Of a stretch of 64,000 bases of DNA, positions 38,996 to 56,367 are shown piece by piece. The translations under genes and the position numbers were made by a program. Origin of the DNA: the human T2T-CHM13v2.0 reference genome, Homo sapiens; NCBI RefSeq assembly GCF_009914755.1, contig NC_060930.1. One strand, written 5' to 3'. Numbering within the stretch: position 1 is the first letter of the stretch; each line of letters begins with the position of its first letter. Below the pieces are notes generated by a model. The model had not been told where the DNA came from. It saw nothing but the letters and a program-made list of their open reading frames with translations, and ran no database searches.

Positions 38996-40743
38996 CATGT
39001 TGGTCAGGCTGGTCTCGAACTCCCGACCTCAGGTGATCTCCCCACCTTGGCCTCCCAAAGTGTTGGGATTACAGGTGTGAGCCATCGCACCCGGCCCACT
39101 TTCTAATTTTTTCTCCTACTGTTTTTCCCTCCGTAGTCTCTTTTGTGGCATTGTCTTCCTCTGCTTCTTTCTTGTTTGTGTTTTTTGGTGCTATTGTAGG
39201 TCCTCCTGTCTTCTATACACTCTCTCGGTGATCTTACCCATAACCATGGTTATCAAATCTGTATCTCCATTTTTGAACTTTCTCCTGAGCTATACATCCA
39301 TGGATCCAACATCCTACTCCACATCTCCACTCTGATATCCCATAGGCATGCCAATCTTGATAGGGCTAAGCCTGTTGCTTCTCTCCTCTGGTCTTCCTCT
39401 AGGAATAGCACCACCTATACTTCAAGCCAGAAAGTGGGGCTTCATCCTTGACAACTTCCTTCCATATACCCTCTAAATCAATCAAATCCTAAAGGCTACC
39501 AATGGTTCCTCTTACTTATCTCATGAATCCATCCACTTTTCACCAATCCATTGGTCAAGGATATACTCAGGAACTTCTCGTTTCTTCTCCTGTTACTGAA
39601 ACAGTCTTCGGATTTGTCTGCTGCCTTCACTTTCTATTGTCTACGCTGTCGCTGCTGTGATCCTTCTACAACACACATCTGAGATTGCCACTCTCCTAAT
39701 TCTAAATCCTTCAGTTGTTTTCCACTGCTTTCAAAATGCAATGCAATGGGCTGGGCGCAGAGGCTCACTCCTGTAATCCCAACACTTTGGGAGGAGGCCG
39801 AGGAGGGCAAATCACCTGAGGTCAGGAATTTGAGAGCAGCTTGGCCAAGATGGCGAAACCCTGTCTCTGCCAAAAACACAAAATTAGCCAGGCATGGTGG
39901 TTGGCTGTAATCCCTGCTACTTGGGAGGCTGAGGCAGGAGAATTGCTTGAACCTGGGAGTGGAGGCTGCAGTGAGACAAGATTGCGCCACTGCACTCCAG
40001 CCTGGGCAATAAAGCTAGATTCCATCTCAAAAAAAAAAAAAAAATGCAATGCAATGGTTTCGTGACCTGCCACAACGTGGCCCTGCCCAGCTCTTCTTAC
40101 TTGCCATTGCTACTCATTTTCCCCTGCCCTCCCCACTCGACTGAACAGCTCTCAGTATCTCAAATTCATCATGCTCTCTTCTACTCCAGACTTTTGCTCA
40201 TGTTGTTCCTTCATTTCCAACATTCCCACTTTTCCAACACTGACCTTCCCTTAGCTCATTTCCTTCCCTTAGCTGACCTTCCCTTAGCTCAACTGCTAAG
40301 GTCTTGCCTCCAGCTGCCACCTCTTTCACTTTCTTCAGGAAGCCTTTTTTTTTTTTTTTTTTTTTTTTTGAGACAGGGTCTCACTCTGTTGCCCAGGTTG
40401 GAGTGCAGTGACACGCTCACAGCTCATTGCAGCCTCAATCTCCCAGCTCTGCCAGTAAACAGATGGGCCTCTCTGGACCCCAGTTTCCAAAGGTTGAAGG
40501 TCAAGACAATAGCTCTCAATTCCCTACTTTTGTTAGGATTGTATGAAGGGTCCTTCCAGCACTGTCCCAGTATGGTGCTCGGCTAATGGAAAACCAATCT
40601 CTGTAACTTGGACTAGTTTTATTCCCACCTTATCTGGGAATTATAAGGGTATAAGGTTGTAAAAATATAAAGTTAACAATCTGACCCTCACTTGGGAATC
40701 ATAAAATTACAATCTGATATCCACTTTACTTGGAACTTATGGT

Positions 40744-41865
40744 CAGCCCTCTGTATCCTCAATCAACCTGGGACTGAAAGTATTTGAAAAAATTACAATA
40801 ACAAAAAATAATAAAAAATCATAGAAATAAAAAAGTACAGTGTAATATCTATTTACATAGCATTTACATTGTATTAGGTATTATAAGTACAGCAGGTCCT
40901 GGAATAACATCATTTCATCATTTTGCTCAGTGGTTTTCTTATAATGATGAGAAAAAAATAGATTTCTGGCTGGGTCCACTGTCACGTTTTATCCATGTCT
41001 GTGTGGATTTTCTCTGTCTTCTGGTGTCCTGTCACATCCCAAAGCCGTGCAGTGCACTTTAGGTAAATTGGTGCATCTACACGATCCGAGTGTGAGTGTG
41101 GGTGTGTGTGAGCACACCCTGTGAGGTGCCCTGAGTTGGAATAAGCCGGTAAAAATGATCTCACTTTTATTAATCTTTATTTTTCTCTAAGCGAGAGGGA
41201 TAGGGGGTGTTTAAAAAAAACTTTTTCTTTGAGACAGAGCTGTGCTCTGTCGCCCAGGCTAGAGTACAGTGACATGATCTCGGCTCACTGCAACCTCTGG
41301 CTCCTGGGTTCAAGCGATTCTCCTGCCTCAGCCTCCCGAGTAGCTGAGAATACAGGCACGCGCCACCACACCCAGCCAATTTTCTGTATTTTTAGTAGAG
41401 ATGGGGTTTCGCCATGTTGGCCAAGCTGGTCTTGAACTTCTGGCCTCACGTGATCTGCCCACCTCAGCCTCCCAAAGTGTTGGGATTATAGGCGTGAGCT
41501 AAAAATCTTCCTTAAATATATGCATGGCTCACACTTATTTCAATGTTTAATATTAGAAGTGTTTTGGTCTTTATTTCGAAGTTTAGGGGCGATTTTGTGA
41601 CCACAGATATGTTGTAGGAACTTCACTCATATCAATTAGCCTGTGGTCAAACTGTTTTCCTTACAGTCATTTGGCTTAAAGTTTCAGTTTCCAAGAACCC
41701 CTCCACGATGTTAGGTGAGGACTTAGGGAATGTGGAGATGACCTAAAGTTTATGATGGGAAGATGTGTGTAGGTGATATGCAAACACTTTTTTTTTTTTT
41801 TTTTTTTACCAAGGACTTGAGCATTTGTGGACGTGGGTCCCCTGGAGGGGCCCTGGAACCAATCA
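40744..41865. mobile_element. Nested DNA transposons: MER2-like Tigger element interrupted by MER6 (about 40890-41725), itself interrupted by an Alu (about 41222-41500)
   Basis: The MER6 start CAGCAGGTCCT follows a TA, and MER2-like sequence resumes after about 41735. Confidence 0.65.
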
Positions 41866-42280
41866 GGACTATAAAATCCTTTTAAGGTTTTAAGAAGAGC
41901 ATTGTTATCTCTGTGGTACTGACGAAGACCCCGCAAGCTCACCGAGATTAAGTGCCCCTGCCTAAGGTTACAAAGCCTCTTATCCTCAGGCCACCTCCAG
42001 TACAGCAAATCCAAGCCCTCCCGTCTAAACTTGGCGCCCTGAGTACCAAGGGTCACCTCGGCCTTTCAGGCTGAAGGGAGGGAGGCTGAGTCTCAGGGCA
42101 GAGTCTGAGTCCCACTCCGCACCCCACCCTCTGTCTGGTACAGCTTACCAAACCAAAGTGCCCAAAGCCGTGACATCCCGGCCGGCGGCTCGCAGGCCCC
42201 CGCCCTCCGCACGTCACGGCCGCCGGGTGCAGTGCCCCCTAGGGGCCCCTGGGACGAGGAGGAAGCGCCAGGTCCTTCCC

Positions 42281-42304
42281 GCCGCCGCCGCCGCCGCCGC
42301 CGCC
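42281..42304 (+). repeat. (GCC)8 trinucleotide repeat in the MTHFD1L 5' UTR
   Basis: Eight uninterrupted GCC units. Confidence 0.9.
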
Positions 42305-42379
42305 TGCTCCCCTGGCACGCGCCCCGCCGCCCTCGGCAGCCGCAGCTCCGTGTCCCCTGAGAACCAGCCGTCCCGCGCC

Positions 42380-42606
42380 ATGGGCACGCGTCTGCCGCTC
42401 GTCCTGCGCCAGCTCCGCCGCCCGCCCCAGCCCCCGGGCCCTCCGCGCCGCCTCCGTGTGCCCTGTCGCGCTAGCAGCGGCGGCGGCGGAGGCGGCGGCG
42501 GTGGCCGGGAGGGCCTGCTTGGACAGCGGCGGCCGCAGGATGGCCAGGCCCGGAGCAGCTGCAGCCCCGGCGGCCGAACGCCCGCGGCGCGGGACTCCAT
42601 CGTCAG
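42380..42606 (+). CDS. MTHFD1L: MTHFD1L coding exon 1 (mitochondrial presequence, Gly9 tract)
   Basis: Kozak GCCATGG, peptide MGTRLPLVLRQLRR...DSIVR, and donor AG|GTGAGT. Confidence 0.96.
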
Positions 42607-44148
42607 GTGAGTGTCGGGTCTGGCCCTGGCCCAGGTCTCCAGCGGCTGTGGCCCCGACCCAGGGGCGGAGCGCCCGGGACCGCCGTGGGGAGCGGGGCGC
42701 GGGGCTGCGAGTGTTTGGTGCCAACTCATTAGGGGGGCCGGGCGGTGTGTCGGGAAACGCGGGCTTGGGCACTGCGGCCGGGAGCGCTGGCGGAGAACGG
42801 GGGATCCAGTACCCGACCGGGCCCGCAGCGCAGGTGGGCGTGGGCATCTCCAATGGGCGCCTAGCGGCATGGACCGCACGCCCGGCTCCACGTGCGCAGC
42901 CGGCCGCCGGCTCTGATGCAATCGCGCCGGGCGCGACCCAGACGGTAAAGGGGCGGTGCGGCTGGGGCGGAAACCAGGGGAGGGGGCGAGGAGCAGGAGG
43001 AGGGCGGGGCTGCGGCTCGGCGCGCCGGCTGGCCCGGGGTTCGGGAAGGGCAAGCGGAGCTCGGGAGAGGCGGGCTCGGGCCCAGCGCCGCCCGCGCGAA
43101 GCTCCCTGGTGTTGTGCGCCCTTCCCCGCGCGCGGCCCCTCCTGCTGGGCTGGGGTCTGTGGCTGACGTCCGCTTTTCCCGGAACGGCAAAGGTGGAGCC
43201 GGGCCCCCGGGACAGCCGCCGGGGGGAATCCGAGAGGTCTCAGCGCTGGTTTCCAGCTTCGCCGCGCAGCGCCCACGGAGTCCCCGCGCAGCTGGGTTTG
43301 CAGGGTTTTCTGCGGGCCCAGAGCGAACTGGGAGCCCCGGGCCCGGCCTTTCCCGTCCCGGTCCCCGCCCCTGGGCTCCAGCCTTCCCCGCCCTCGCCCA
43401 GAGGGGCGCACGGGTCTCGGGCCTTGCAGGGCGAGCCCTTCGGGACAACTTGGGGGTGGCAAGAAAGCCCCTTCCGCCTCCCTCGGAACTGGGATTAGGA
43501 ACGAGTTCCAGGATGCGGTTTCCCCGGCCAGCGGACCACCTCCTCCATTCACATCCTCTTCCCTTTCCTTCTAGCCTTCTTTCTTAGTCATTGCCTGCTT
43601 GCCTTTCTCTCTGCCTTTCCTTCCTCCCTCTGCTCTCCCATTTTCCTCCCCACTCCCCTTCTCCCATCTCAGTAAAATACGTTTCCTAGGCTCTTTATTA
43701 TGTGGCGGATGATTTTAAGGGGCCATTTATTTAGTTTTTCTTGTTCTCTGTCTTCTTTTTCTTTTAGAAATGGAGTCTCGCTTTGTTGCTCAGGCTGGAG
43801 TTCAGTGGTGCCATCTCGGCTCAATGCAGCCTCCGCCTCCTGGGCTCAAGCGATTCTCCCGCCTTAGCCTCCAGTGTAACTGGGACCACAGGTGTGCGCT
43901 ACCATGCCCGGATTATTTTATTTTATTTTCATAGAGACAGAGCACCACTCTGTTACCAGGCTGGTCTGGAACTCCTGGGCGCAAGCCATCATCCCTGCCC
44001 CCAAAAGCGCTGGGATTAATTACACGTCAGGTCATTAGGTTTTAACCTGCACGTTGCTGAGACTCATCTTACCGGTTAGAGTCTGAAGCCAGGATAGGCG
44101 GCAAAAAAACTTCTCCCGTCATGCTGTTTTATTTTCTAGGTAAACTGA

Positions 44149-44672
<524 letters not shown>

Positions 44673-44822
44673 TAGGTTTAAAGCCATGACTGCCTTAGAG
44701 ATGAGTAAAGAGGTTAGTAGGGGGCTTTAGGGCCTGCACTGGGTTCTCCAAACTCAATTCCTTCAGGAAAATGGGAGGAGTAACAGTACTTACCTCAAGG
44801 GGTTATGGAAACAATTATGTGA

Positions 44823-45130
<308 letters not shown>

Positions 45131-45719
45131 TGATCTGCCTGCCTCAGCCTCCCAAAGTGCTGGGATTACAGGTGTGAGCTACCATGCCCAGCAATATTTT
45201 TACAATTCACTAAGCCAGGGGTCCACAGACGTTTTATATATAATGGGCCAGATAGTAAATATTTTAGGTTTAGTGATCCTAGAGGCAAATCAAAATTATT
45301 AGTAGGTACATTTATAACAAGAGAAAAGACAAATTTAGGCCAGGCACCATGGTTCATGCCTGTAATCCCAGCACTTTGAGAGGCCAAAGTGGGATGATCA
45401 CATTCCCAGGAGTTCAAGACCAGCCTGGGCAACATAGTGAGACACCCATCTCTGTAAAAAATTTTAAAAAATTAACTGGGCGTGGCGCGTGCCTGTAGTT
45501 CCAGCTACTCAGAAGGCTGAGGCAGGAGGATCACTTGAGCCCAGGAGGTCAAGGCTACAGTGAGCGGAGATTGCGCTACTGCACTGCAGCCTGGGCAATG
45601 GAGTGAGACCTTATTTTTTATTTTTGCAATTAAGTATTTTTAATTAAGGTATGTACATTTTTTAGACAATGCTTTTGCACACTTAATAGATGGCAGTATA
45701 GGGTAACCATAACTTTTAT

Positions 45720-46083
45720 TTTTATTTTCTATTTTACTTTAAGTTCTGGGAAACGTGCCGAACGTGCAGGTTTGTTACATAGGTATACATGCGCCATGGT
45801 GGTTTGCTGCACCCATCAACCCGTCATCTAGGTTTTAAGCCCCACATGCATTAGGTATTTGTCCTAATGCTCTCCCTCCTCTTGCCCTCCCACCCCCTGA
45901 CAGACCCTGGTGTGTGATGTTCCCCTCCCTGGGTCCACGTGTTCTTATTGTTCAACTCCCACTTATGAGTGAGAACATGGGGTGTTTGGTTTCTGTTCCT
46001 GTGTTGGTTTGCTGAGGATGATGGTTTCCAGCTTCTTCCATGTCCCTGCAGAGGACATGAACTCATGCTTTCTTATGGCTGCA
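45720..46083 (-). mobile_element. L1PA 3'-end fragment
   Basis: Typical L1 3' UTR sequence (GTGCAGGTTTGTTACATAGG...CCCACTTATGAGTGAGAACATG). Confidence 0.85.
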
Positions 46084-46360
46084 ATTTTATTTTTGTAGAG
46101 ATGAAGTCTCACTATGTTGGCCAGGCTGGTCTCAAACTCCTGGGTTCAAGTGATCCTGCTGCCTCAGCCTCCCAAAGTGCTGAGATTGCAGGCATGAGCC
46201 ACCACGCCTGGCTATATTGTACCTTTCAATTGAGTTATGTGCATGGTTTACTGAAACTCTAGCCCTGAATTGATTCTCCGAGGATTGGAGCAAAGTGGGT
46301 GGGGGTGTGTGTCAGCTAGAAGTCACCTGGAATAGACATCCAGGAGCGGAAGTGTATTAG

Positions 46361-46651
<291 letters not shown>

Positions 46652-47008
46652 TCACAGTAATGGTGAAAATAACAAAGCTGCTGCTGATGGCTTAGTTCTG
46701 AGTTTTAGCTACACATGGCAACCTAGCTAGAGAGCTCACATTCCTTCCCACTGTCCTCAACCAAAGTGGAAGCTCACAAGGCCATTTTTCTGCCCCAAGG
46801 ACATGAAAATCTCTGATTAGAAACATTTATGCTACTTTTTGGATTTATTGAGCCTAATGACTCCTTTTTCTTTCTTGCTTTGTCACTGTAGGAATGAGTA
46901 ACCCCAAAAAATGAAACATTACACATATAACAAGTTGTAGGGAGCATGAACCTATTTTGTTTTATTAGCTTGGGTGGTAGTAGCGTTGAACTCCTTTACA
47001 TACCTGTA

Positions 47009-49543
<2,535 letters not shown>

Positions 49544-49765
49544 TAATTACTTTTTGACGATTGCCGACTTACCTATAGAAGTGTTCCTTTCAGCCCGGCG
49601 AGGTGGCTCACCCCTGTAATTCCAGCACTTTGGGAGGCCTAGGTGGGCGGATCACGAGGTCAAGAGATCGAGACCACCCTGGCCAACTTGGTGAAATCCT
49701 GTCTCTACTAAAAATACAAAAATTAGTGGGACGTGGTGGCATGCACCAGTAGTCCCAGCTACTCA

Positions 49766-50053
<288 letters not shown>

Positions 50054-50207
50054 TTACAGATGAGGAATCTGAGACTCTTAGAGACTTGTCCACGCTAGTA
50101 AATGAAATGCCCAGTACCAATCCTGGGCCGTATTTCCACTTAGTGTCTCAGAATTACCTGGACTCTGTTAAAAATGCACATTTCTGGGCTCCACTGAGAC
50201 ACGTTGA

Positions 50208-50348
<141 letters not shown>

Positions 50349-51320
50349 TGAGTAGCTCTGGGATTACAGGTGTGCACCACCATGCCTGGCTAATTTTTGT
50401 ATTTTTACTAGAGATGGGGTTTCACCATGTTGGCCAGGATGGTCTCAAACTCCTGACCTCAAGTGATCCATTTCACCTTGGCCTCCCGAAGTACTGGGAT
50501 TATAGGTGTGAGCCACTGCACCTGGCCTGGAACCTTTACTTTTACCAAACTCTCCAGTGATCCTTATACCATGAACCGCTTGGGTCCCACACTCCGGTGC
50601 TTTCCTGGACCCAGACAAAAATAAGAACCCAGCATAGCCAAATTAACAGTCACGACAGGCTGGAAAGAGTGCGGTATATGGGCCTCAGTCACCCATTATT
50701 GGATGGATGGATTTTAGTGCTTATTTATAAGGTGATTTGTAAACTTTCCCATATGGTCACATTTATTCAGCACAATAATACAATTAATTCCCTGGGAATG
50801 AAGTAGCTTTATCCCAAGTGTTTCCAAACAAAACTAACTGAAATGTTCCCAGGTTATAGACAGTTGCCTGCACCCAGTCCATCTGTTCCGGCCCAGCTGG
50901 CAGTAGAAAGACTGGTCCTGGTTGTGAATCTGAGCAGCTCTCTCCCCTAAAGCCCCGCCTGGGAACTGCAGTGCCTCTGGTTCCATTTGTCAGCTGTGTC
51001 TCTCTGAAAACTGGGGAAAGCTTCCCGATGCCTTTCTGCTCTTGGCAGTGTACCGTTGATGGCATTGGCTGGAACTTCTTCACCCCGCATTTTTGTTAGG
51101 TGCAGTGCAAGACCCTGTCGGAGACTGAAAACAAAATGTAAAGGTGGTCTTAGCACTGAAGCCTGGGGGCTCCTGTGGCTGCGCCTTTGGTCTATTGTGA
51201 GAGGGGGAAAAGCCAGCTCCCAGTGCTCATGTGCTGCTGAGAACATATCATAGGGTGGTGGCGAAGGTAGCCTCTGCAGTCACTCATCCCAGAAGGTTCC
51301 ATAAAGAGCTGAGCTCCTAA

Positions 51321-51434
<114 letters not shown>

Positions 51435-52646
51435 TAGCTCAGATTATAGGCGCCTGCCACCACACCCAGCTAATTTTTGTATTTCTGGTAGAGACGGGGT
51501 TTCACCATATTGGCCACGGTGGTCTTGAACTCCTGACCTTGTGATCCACCCGCCTCGGCTTCCCAAAGTGCTGGGATTACAGGCGTGAGCCACCGCTCCT
51601 GGACTTTTTTTTTTTTTCTTTTTTTAAAAAGAAATTGAGTCTTGCTCTGCCACCCAGGCTGGAGTGCAGTGGTGCAGTCATAGCTTACTACAGCCTCAAA
51701 CTCATGGGCTCAAGCGGTCCTCCAGCTTCAGCCTCCCAAGTATCTGGGACTACAGTCACGTGCCATCACGCCCAGCTAAATTGTTTATAGAGATGGGATC
51801 TCGTTATGTTACCCAGGCTGGTCTCAAACTCCTGGTCTCAAGCAGTCCTACCGCCTTGGCCTCTCAAAGTGCTGGGACTACAGGTGCATGCCACCATGCC
51901 AGGCCTTCTACCACTTTTACCTAGGCCTGCTCACCCCAGGCTGGCACCTCCCTCAGAGGTGGGAGGTGAAGGTGGCTGCTGCTGGGCATTTAGGAGGTAC
52001 AGGTGCAGACTATGTTGTGGATTCTCAGAGGACTGAGAAGCTCTCTGTCTCTCTCTCTAGGAGGCTTTGATAGTGTTATCAAAGTGGGTCTCCAGTGTTT
52101 CTGGAACTTTCCTCCCCTTCCTTCCTTACCTAATTCCTTCTTTAAATTCCAGGACCTGGAATTTATCCTGTCTCGACACTTCTTGTCCAACAGTGAGCCC
52201 CCTGTCTTCACCCCCCTAATCCCCTGTCTTCACATCCCTCTTCCCACTTTATTTGCTTTCCCCATGGACCCATACTCAGGGTTTTGGGAGGATGGCAGCG
52301 GAGTATGGTGGAGGAGAGCGATTATTTAAAGTAGAAACCCAAAGCTTTTATTATAGTAAACTTGGAAAATACAAGAGAAAAATTCACCCCTAGAAAATTA
52401 TTGTAAACATCTAGTTTGTTTCCCTCTGCATATTTTAAAAACTGGATTGCCGCATTTTACCTTGTGTTAGTGTCTTGATTTCATTGTTACGCCGCCTACC
52501 CCCTCCACAGTGTACACTTGGAGTGCGTCCTTCTGTGGTCTAGTTATTTTCACTTGGAGGAAGGAACTTTCACAGAAAATGTGTTGTGTCAGTCCTTTCT
52601 ACTCATTAACCAAGAAATCACAATGTTGTTTTCTTTCTCAATGTAG

Positions 52647-52731
52647 AGAAGTCATTCAGAATTCAAAAGAAGTTCTAAGTTTATTGCAAGAAAAAAACCC
52701 TGCCTTCAAGCCGGTTCTTGCAATTATCCAG
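52647..52731 (+). CDS. MTHFD1L: MTHFD1L exon 2 (EVIQNSKEV...LAIIQ)
   Basis: AG/GT boundaries. The 85-nt length is phase-consistent with exon 1. Confidence 0.94.
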
Positions 52732-54190
52732 GTAAGCCGAGAACAAGGTTCAGTCCTACTATTTTAGGATGCCTTTCAATTTAGAAAATGATTGTATACA
52801 AAAGAGCAGCTGCATTTCTTGCCAAAGAGGAGAGGGCTCAGTTGGCAATGCTGTTTTCTTTGGTCTTTTGCTTCTTTGGGGTCACGGGTGAAGTACTGCC
52901 CTGCTTGAGTGTGTCTTCTTTTGTGAATTTTCCTCTCTGAGGTATGGGTAGCTTTCAGAGGTCTAGGAGGTAAGCACTTACATGCATTGCATTACACAGG
53001 ATATATCGTGGTCCATGTGTCCTCACAAATGCTTACCAAATGTGATTTGAAGGTGCTGGGGGAAAAAGTGGCACTTTGTTTCAATGGACACAGATGCTAG
53101 ATGAAACATGGATATTTGGTAATCTTTTTACTCTATCTTTTAAAACCTGCCATAAACTTAATGGGACAAAAGTCATTACCCTGTCAAAAGGGCTTTGCAT
53201 TCCACATACTTCTTTTGGCTGCAGGCTCTGGTTCTGAGCCACAGTTGGCCCCAGTTGCCATCCTGCTTGGCACACTTGTGTGATGGCAGGTGCTGAGAAA
53301 TAAGGAGGTGAGCCAAGCCTGGAAGCAAACACAGCCTGACAGTTGGGCTGCTACCGCAGGGCTTGGCATGCCCTTAGCGTATCAAAATAGCAGCCTCTGG
53401 TTCCACCGTGCTGCGTATTTCAGGATTACAGAGCTGTGCTCAAGTTACTTACATTCTCTGGGATCTGTAGCCACATCTTGTTACAAAGAAAGACAAGTTA
53501 GAACAATAGAAAGAAAATTAGATTAGGGCTCGGGCCTCCTGGGAATCTGCTTACTCCCTGGCTTTCCATCTAAAGGCAAACCATTTCAACTCCTACCTTT
53601 GGTATCCCCATTTTTTGGCTTCTTTTTGTGATGGGGTCTTGCTCTGTTGCCTGAGCTGGAGTGCAGTGGCATGATCTTGGCTCACCGTAGCTTTGACCTT
53701 CTGGGCTCAAGTGATCCTCCCACCTCAGCCTCCTGAGTAGCTAGGACTGCAGGCATGCACCATCACGCCGGGCTAATGTTTGTATTTTTTGTAGAGATGG
53801 GGTTTCACCATGTTGCCCAGGCTGGTCTCGAACTCCTGGGCTCAAGCAATCCACCGCCTCAGCCTTCTGCAGTGCTGGGATTACAGGCATGAGCCACTGT
53901 GCCCAGTCGGTGTCCTCATTTTTAGAGAGGAAAGCTGGCTAGGTTACTATGTCTTCTAATAGGAGGGATATTATTTTCCTTAAAAAAGTGACATAATTTG
54001 AAGGCCTGAGGAATTACTCTGTTAAATACTGGCCCCAAGTCCCTTTTTATAAGCAGCAAGATTGTTTTTCTGCACCTTCCATATTATCTTTGTAATTAGA
54101 TCATCTGTAATCACAAAATTCATCTCTGGATTATCTTTTGTGCCTTTTCAAGCTATTTTTATGTTGTTATGTTGTTTTTACCTTCCTAAG

Positions 54191-54241
54191 GCAGGTGACG
54201 ACAACTTGATGCAGGAAATCAACCAGAATTTGGCTGAGGAG
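54191..54241 (+). CDS. MTHFD1L: MTHFD1L exon 3 (AGDDNLMQEINQNLAEE)
   Basis: AG/GT boundaries, 51 nt, in frame. Confidence 0.93.
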
Positions 54242-54329
54242 GTGAGGACTGCTGCTTTTAAAAAATTCACTATAACTTTTAACAATACATTCTCTTATAG
54301 TGACGAATAACCTTGTGTTCCTTTTTCAG

Positions 54330-54383
54330 GCTGGTCTGAACATCACTCACATTTGCCTCCCTCCAGATAGCAGTGAAGCCGAG
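54330..54383 (+). CDS. MTHFD1L: MTHFD1L exon 4 (AGLNITHICLPPDSSEAE)
   Basis: AG/GT boundaries, 54 nt, in frame. Confidence 0.93.
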
Positions 54384-54786
54384 GTAATAATGGCAGAGCT
54401 CTAAACTCTTGCTTCTTCTTTCCTCTTGAGACTTAATAGGCCCATTGGCGTCTCTTAGTGGTGGCTGGGACAGATCTAAGATTTGCTTGTGACTGAATGT
54501 TAGAGGGAAGACTTCACTTCTTTTCTCTAGGGTAAATGCTTCATGATATCCTTGTTTCTTGTCATTTGTATGTTTCTACTGAAGACTTGAGTTGCGACTT
54601 GTTGAGTTCGGTTGTGTTTCTTCAGCTGCGGTGGCAGCGTCATCTAGTGGAAATTGTCAGGCCGAGGCGAGGAAACTGGACCTTGGACCACAGATCCCTG
54701 TGCCAGGGCCCGGCCCTTCTGTGGTTAGCTTTTCTTCCTACTGGCTTCATGTGACAGAAAACCTCAAATAATGGAATCTTAAATAA

Positions 54787-54936
<150 letters not shown>

Positions 54937-55746
54937 TAGCTGAGATTACAGGTGCGTGCCACCACGCCTGGCTAATTTTTGTATCTTTAGTAGAGATGGG
55001 GTTTCACCATTTTGGCCAGGCTGGTCTTGAACTCCTGACCTCAAGTGATCCACCCTCCTTGGCCTCCCAAAGTGCTGGGATTACAAGTGTGAGCTACTGT
55101 GCCCGGCCTAGAAGTGTATTTTTCTGGGACATGAATAAAGTTTGGAAGTAGGCAGTCCCTGGTTGGTGATATCACCAAGTCGCAGGAGCTCAGGCTCCTG
55201 TCCCTCTGCTCTGCCGCCTTTGTGGTTTGGTTAACAAGCACTTTGTTCTGATTGATCAGTGAGGCCCAGCAGGTCTGCTAGTCATTTGTGAGACAAAGAA
55301 TGGGAATTTGTAGAGTTTGTATCTGGCCTTGTGCTATGTAAACAAGGGGGCATTGGTGAGTCTTATTTGAGTCCTATGGAGAAGAGCAGTTCTTTGCAGT
55401 ACACAGAGGCTGCAGGGATTTGTTAACCTTCCCTCTTTTCCAGGATCACAGGGCTCAGGTAAAGTTCGTTGTCACCAAGAAGAAAAAGGAAGGACAAAGA
55501 CAGGCCCCTGCTGTCTTTAAAGACATTTCCTGAAAGTCACAGTTCTACATCCATCCCGTTGTCCCCTACTTAGTTGCCTGGCCAACTGCAAAGGAGGCTG
55601 GGAAGTGTAGTTTTTATACCAGGAAGCCTTAGATCATTTATTAGCAAGCTAAAAACCAAGAGTTTATTACTAAGAAGAGAAAGGAAACTATATACTGGGC
55701 GATAAGTGTTTGCCACACTTGCCATTGTAGCGTGGTACAAATATGA

Positions 55747-56049
<303 letters not shown>

Positions 56050-56163
56050 TGACCAGGCTGGTCTTGAACTCCTGACCTCAGGTGATGGCCTGCCTCTGCC
56101 TCCCAAAGTGCTAGGATTACAGGTGTGAGCCACTGCGCCCAGCTGGAATTTGCTTTTCTTTAG

Positions 56164-56367
<204 letters not shown>

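Larger units (their letters stand above)
42130..43540. promoter_or_regulatory. MTHFD1L: CpG island and promoter of MTHFD1L
   Basis: Very GC- and CpG-rich. GC box at 42198-42205, CACGTCAC at 42210, a CTCF-like motif at 42229-42247, an E-box at 42889 and TGATGCAAT at 42914. Confidence 0.95.

Noticed and set aside
40240-40290. Triplicated CTTCCCTTAGCT motif
   Set aside because: A local slippage duplication in old repeat-derived sequence, with no sign of function.
42214-43587. Long overlapping ORFs (up to 437 aa) on both strands
   Set aside because: Expected from stop-codon scarcity in a GC-rich CpG island. The products are low-complexity Pro/Arg/Gly/Ala with no recognisable domain.
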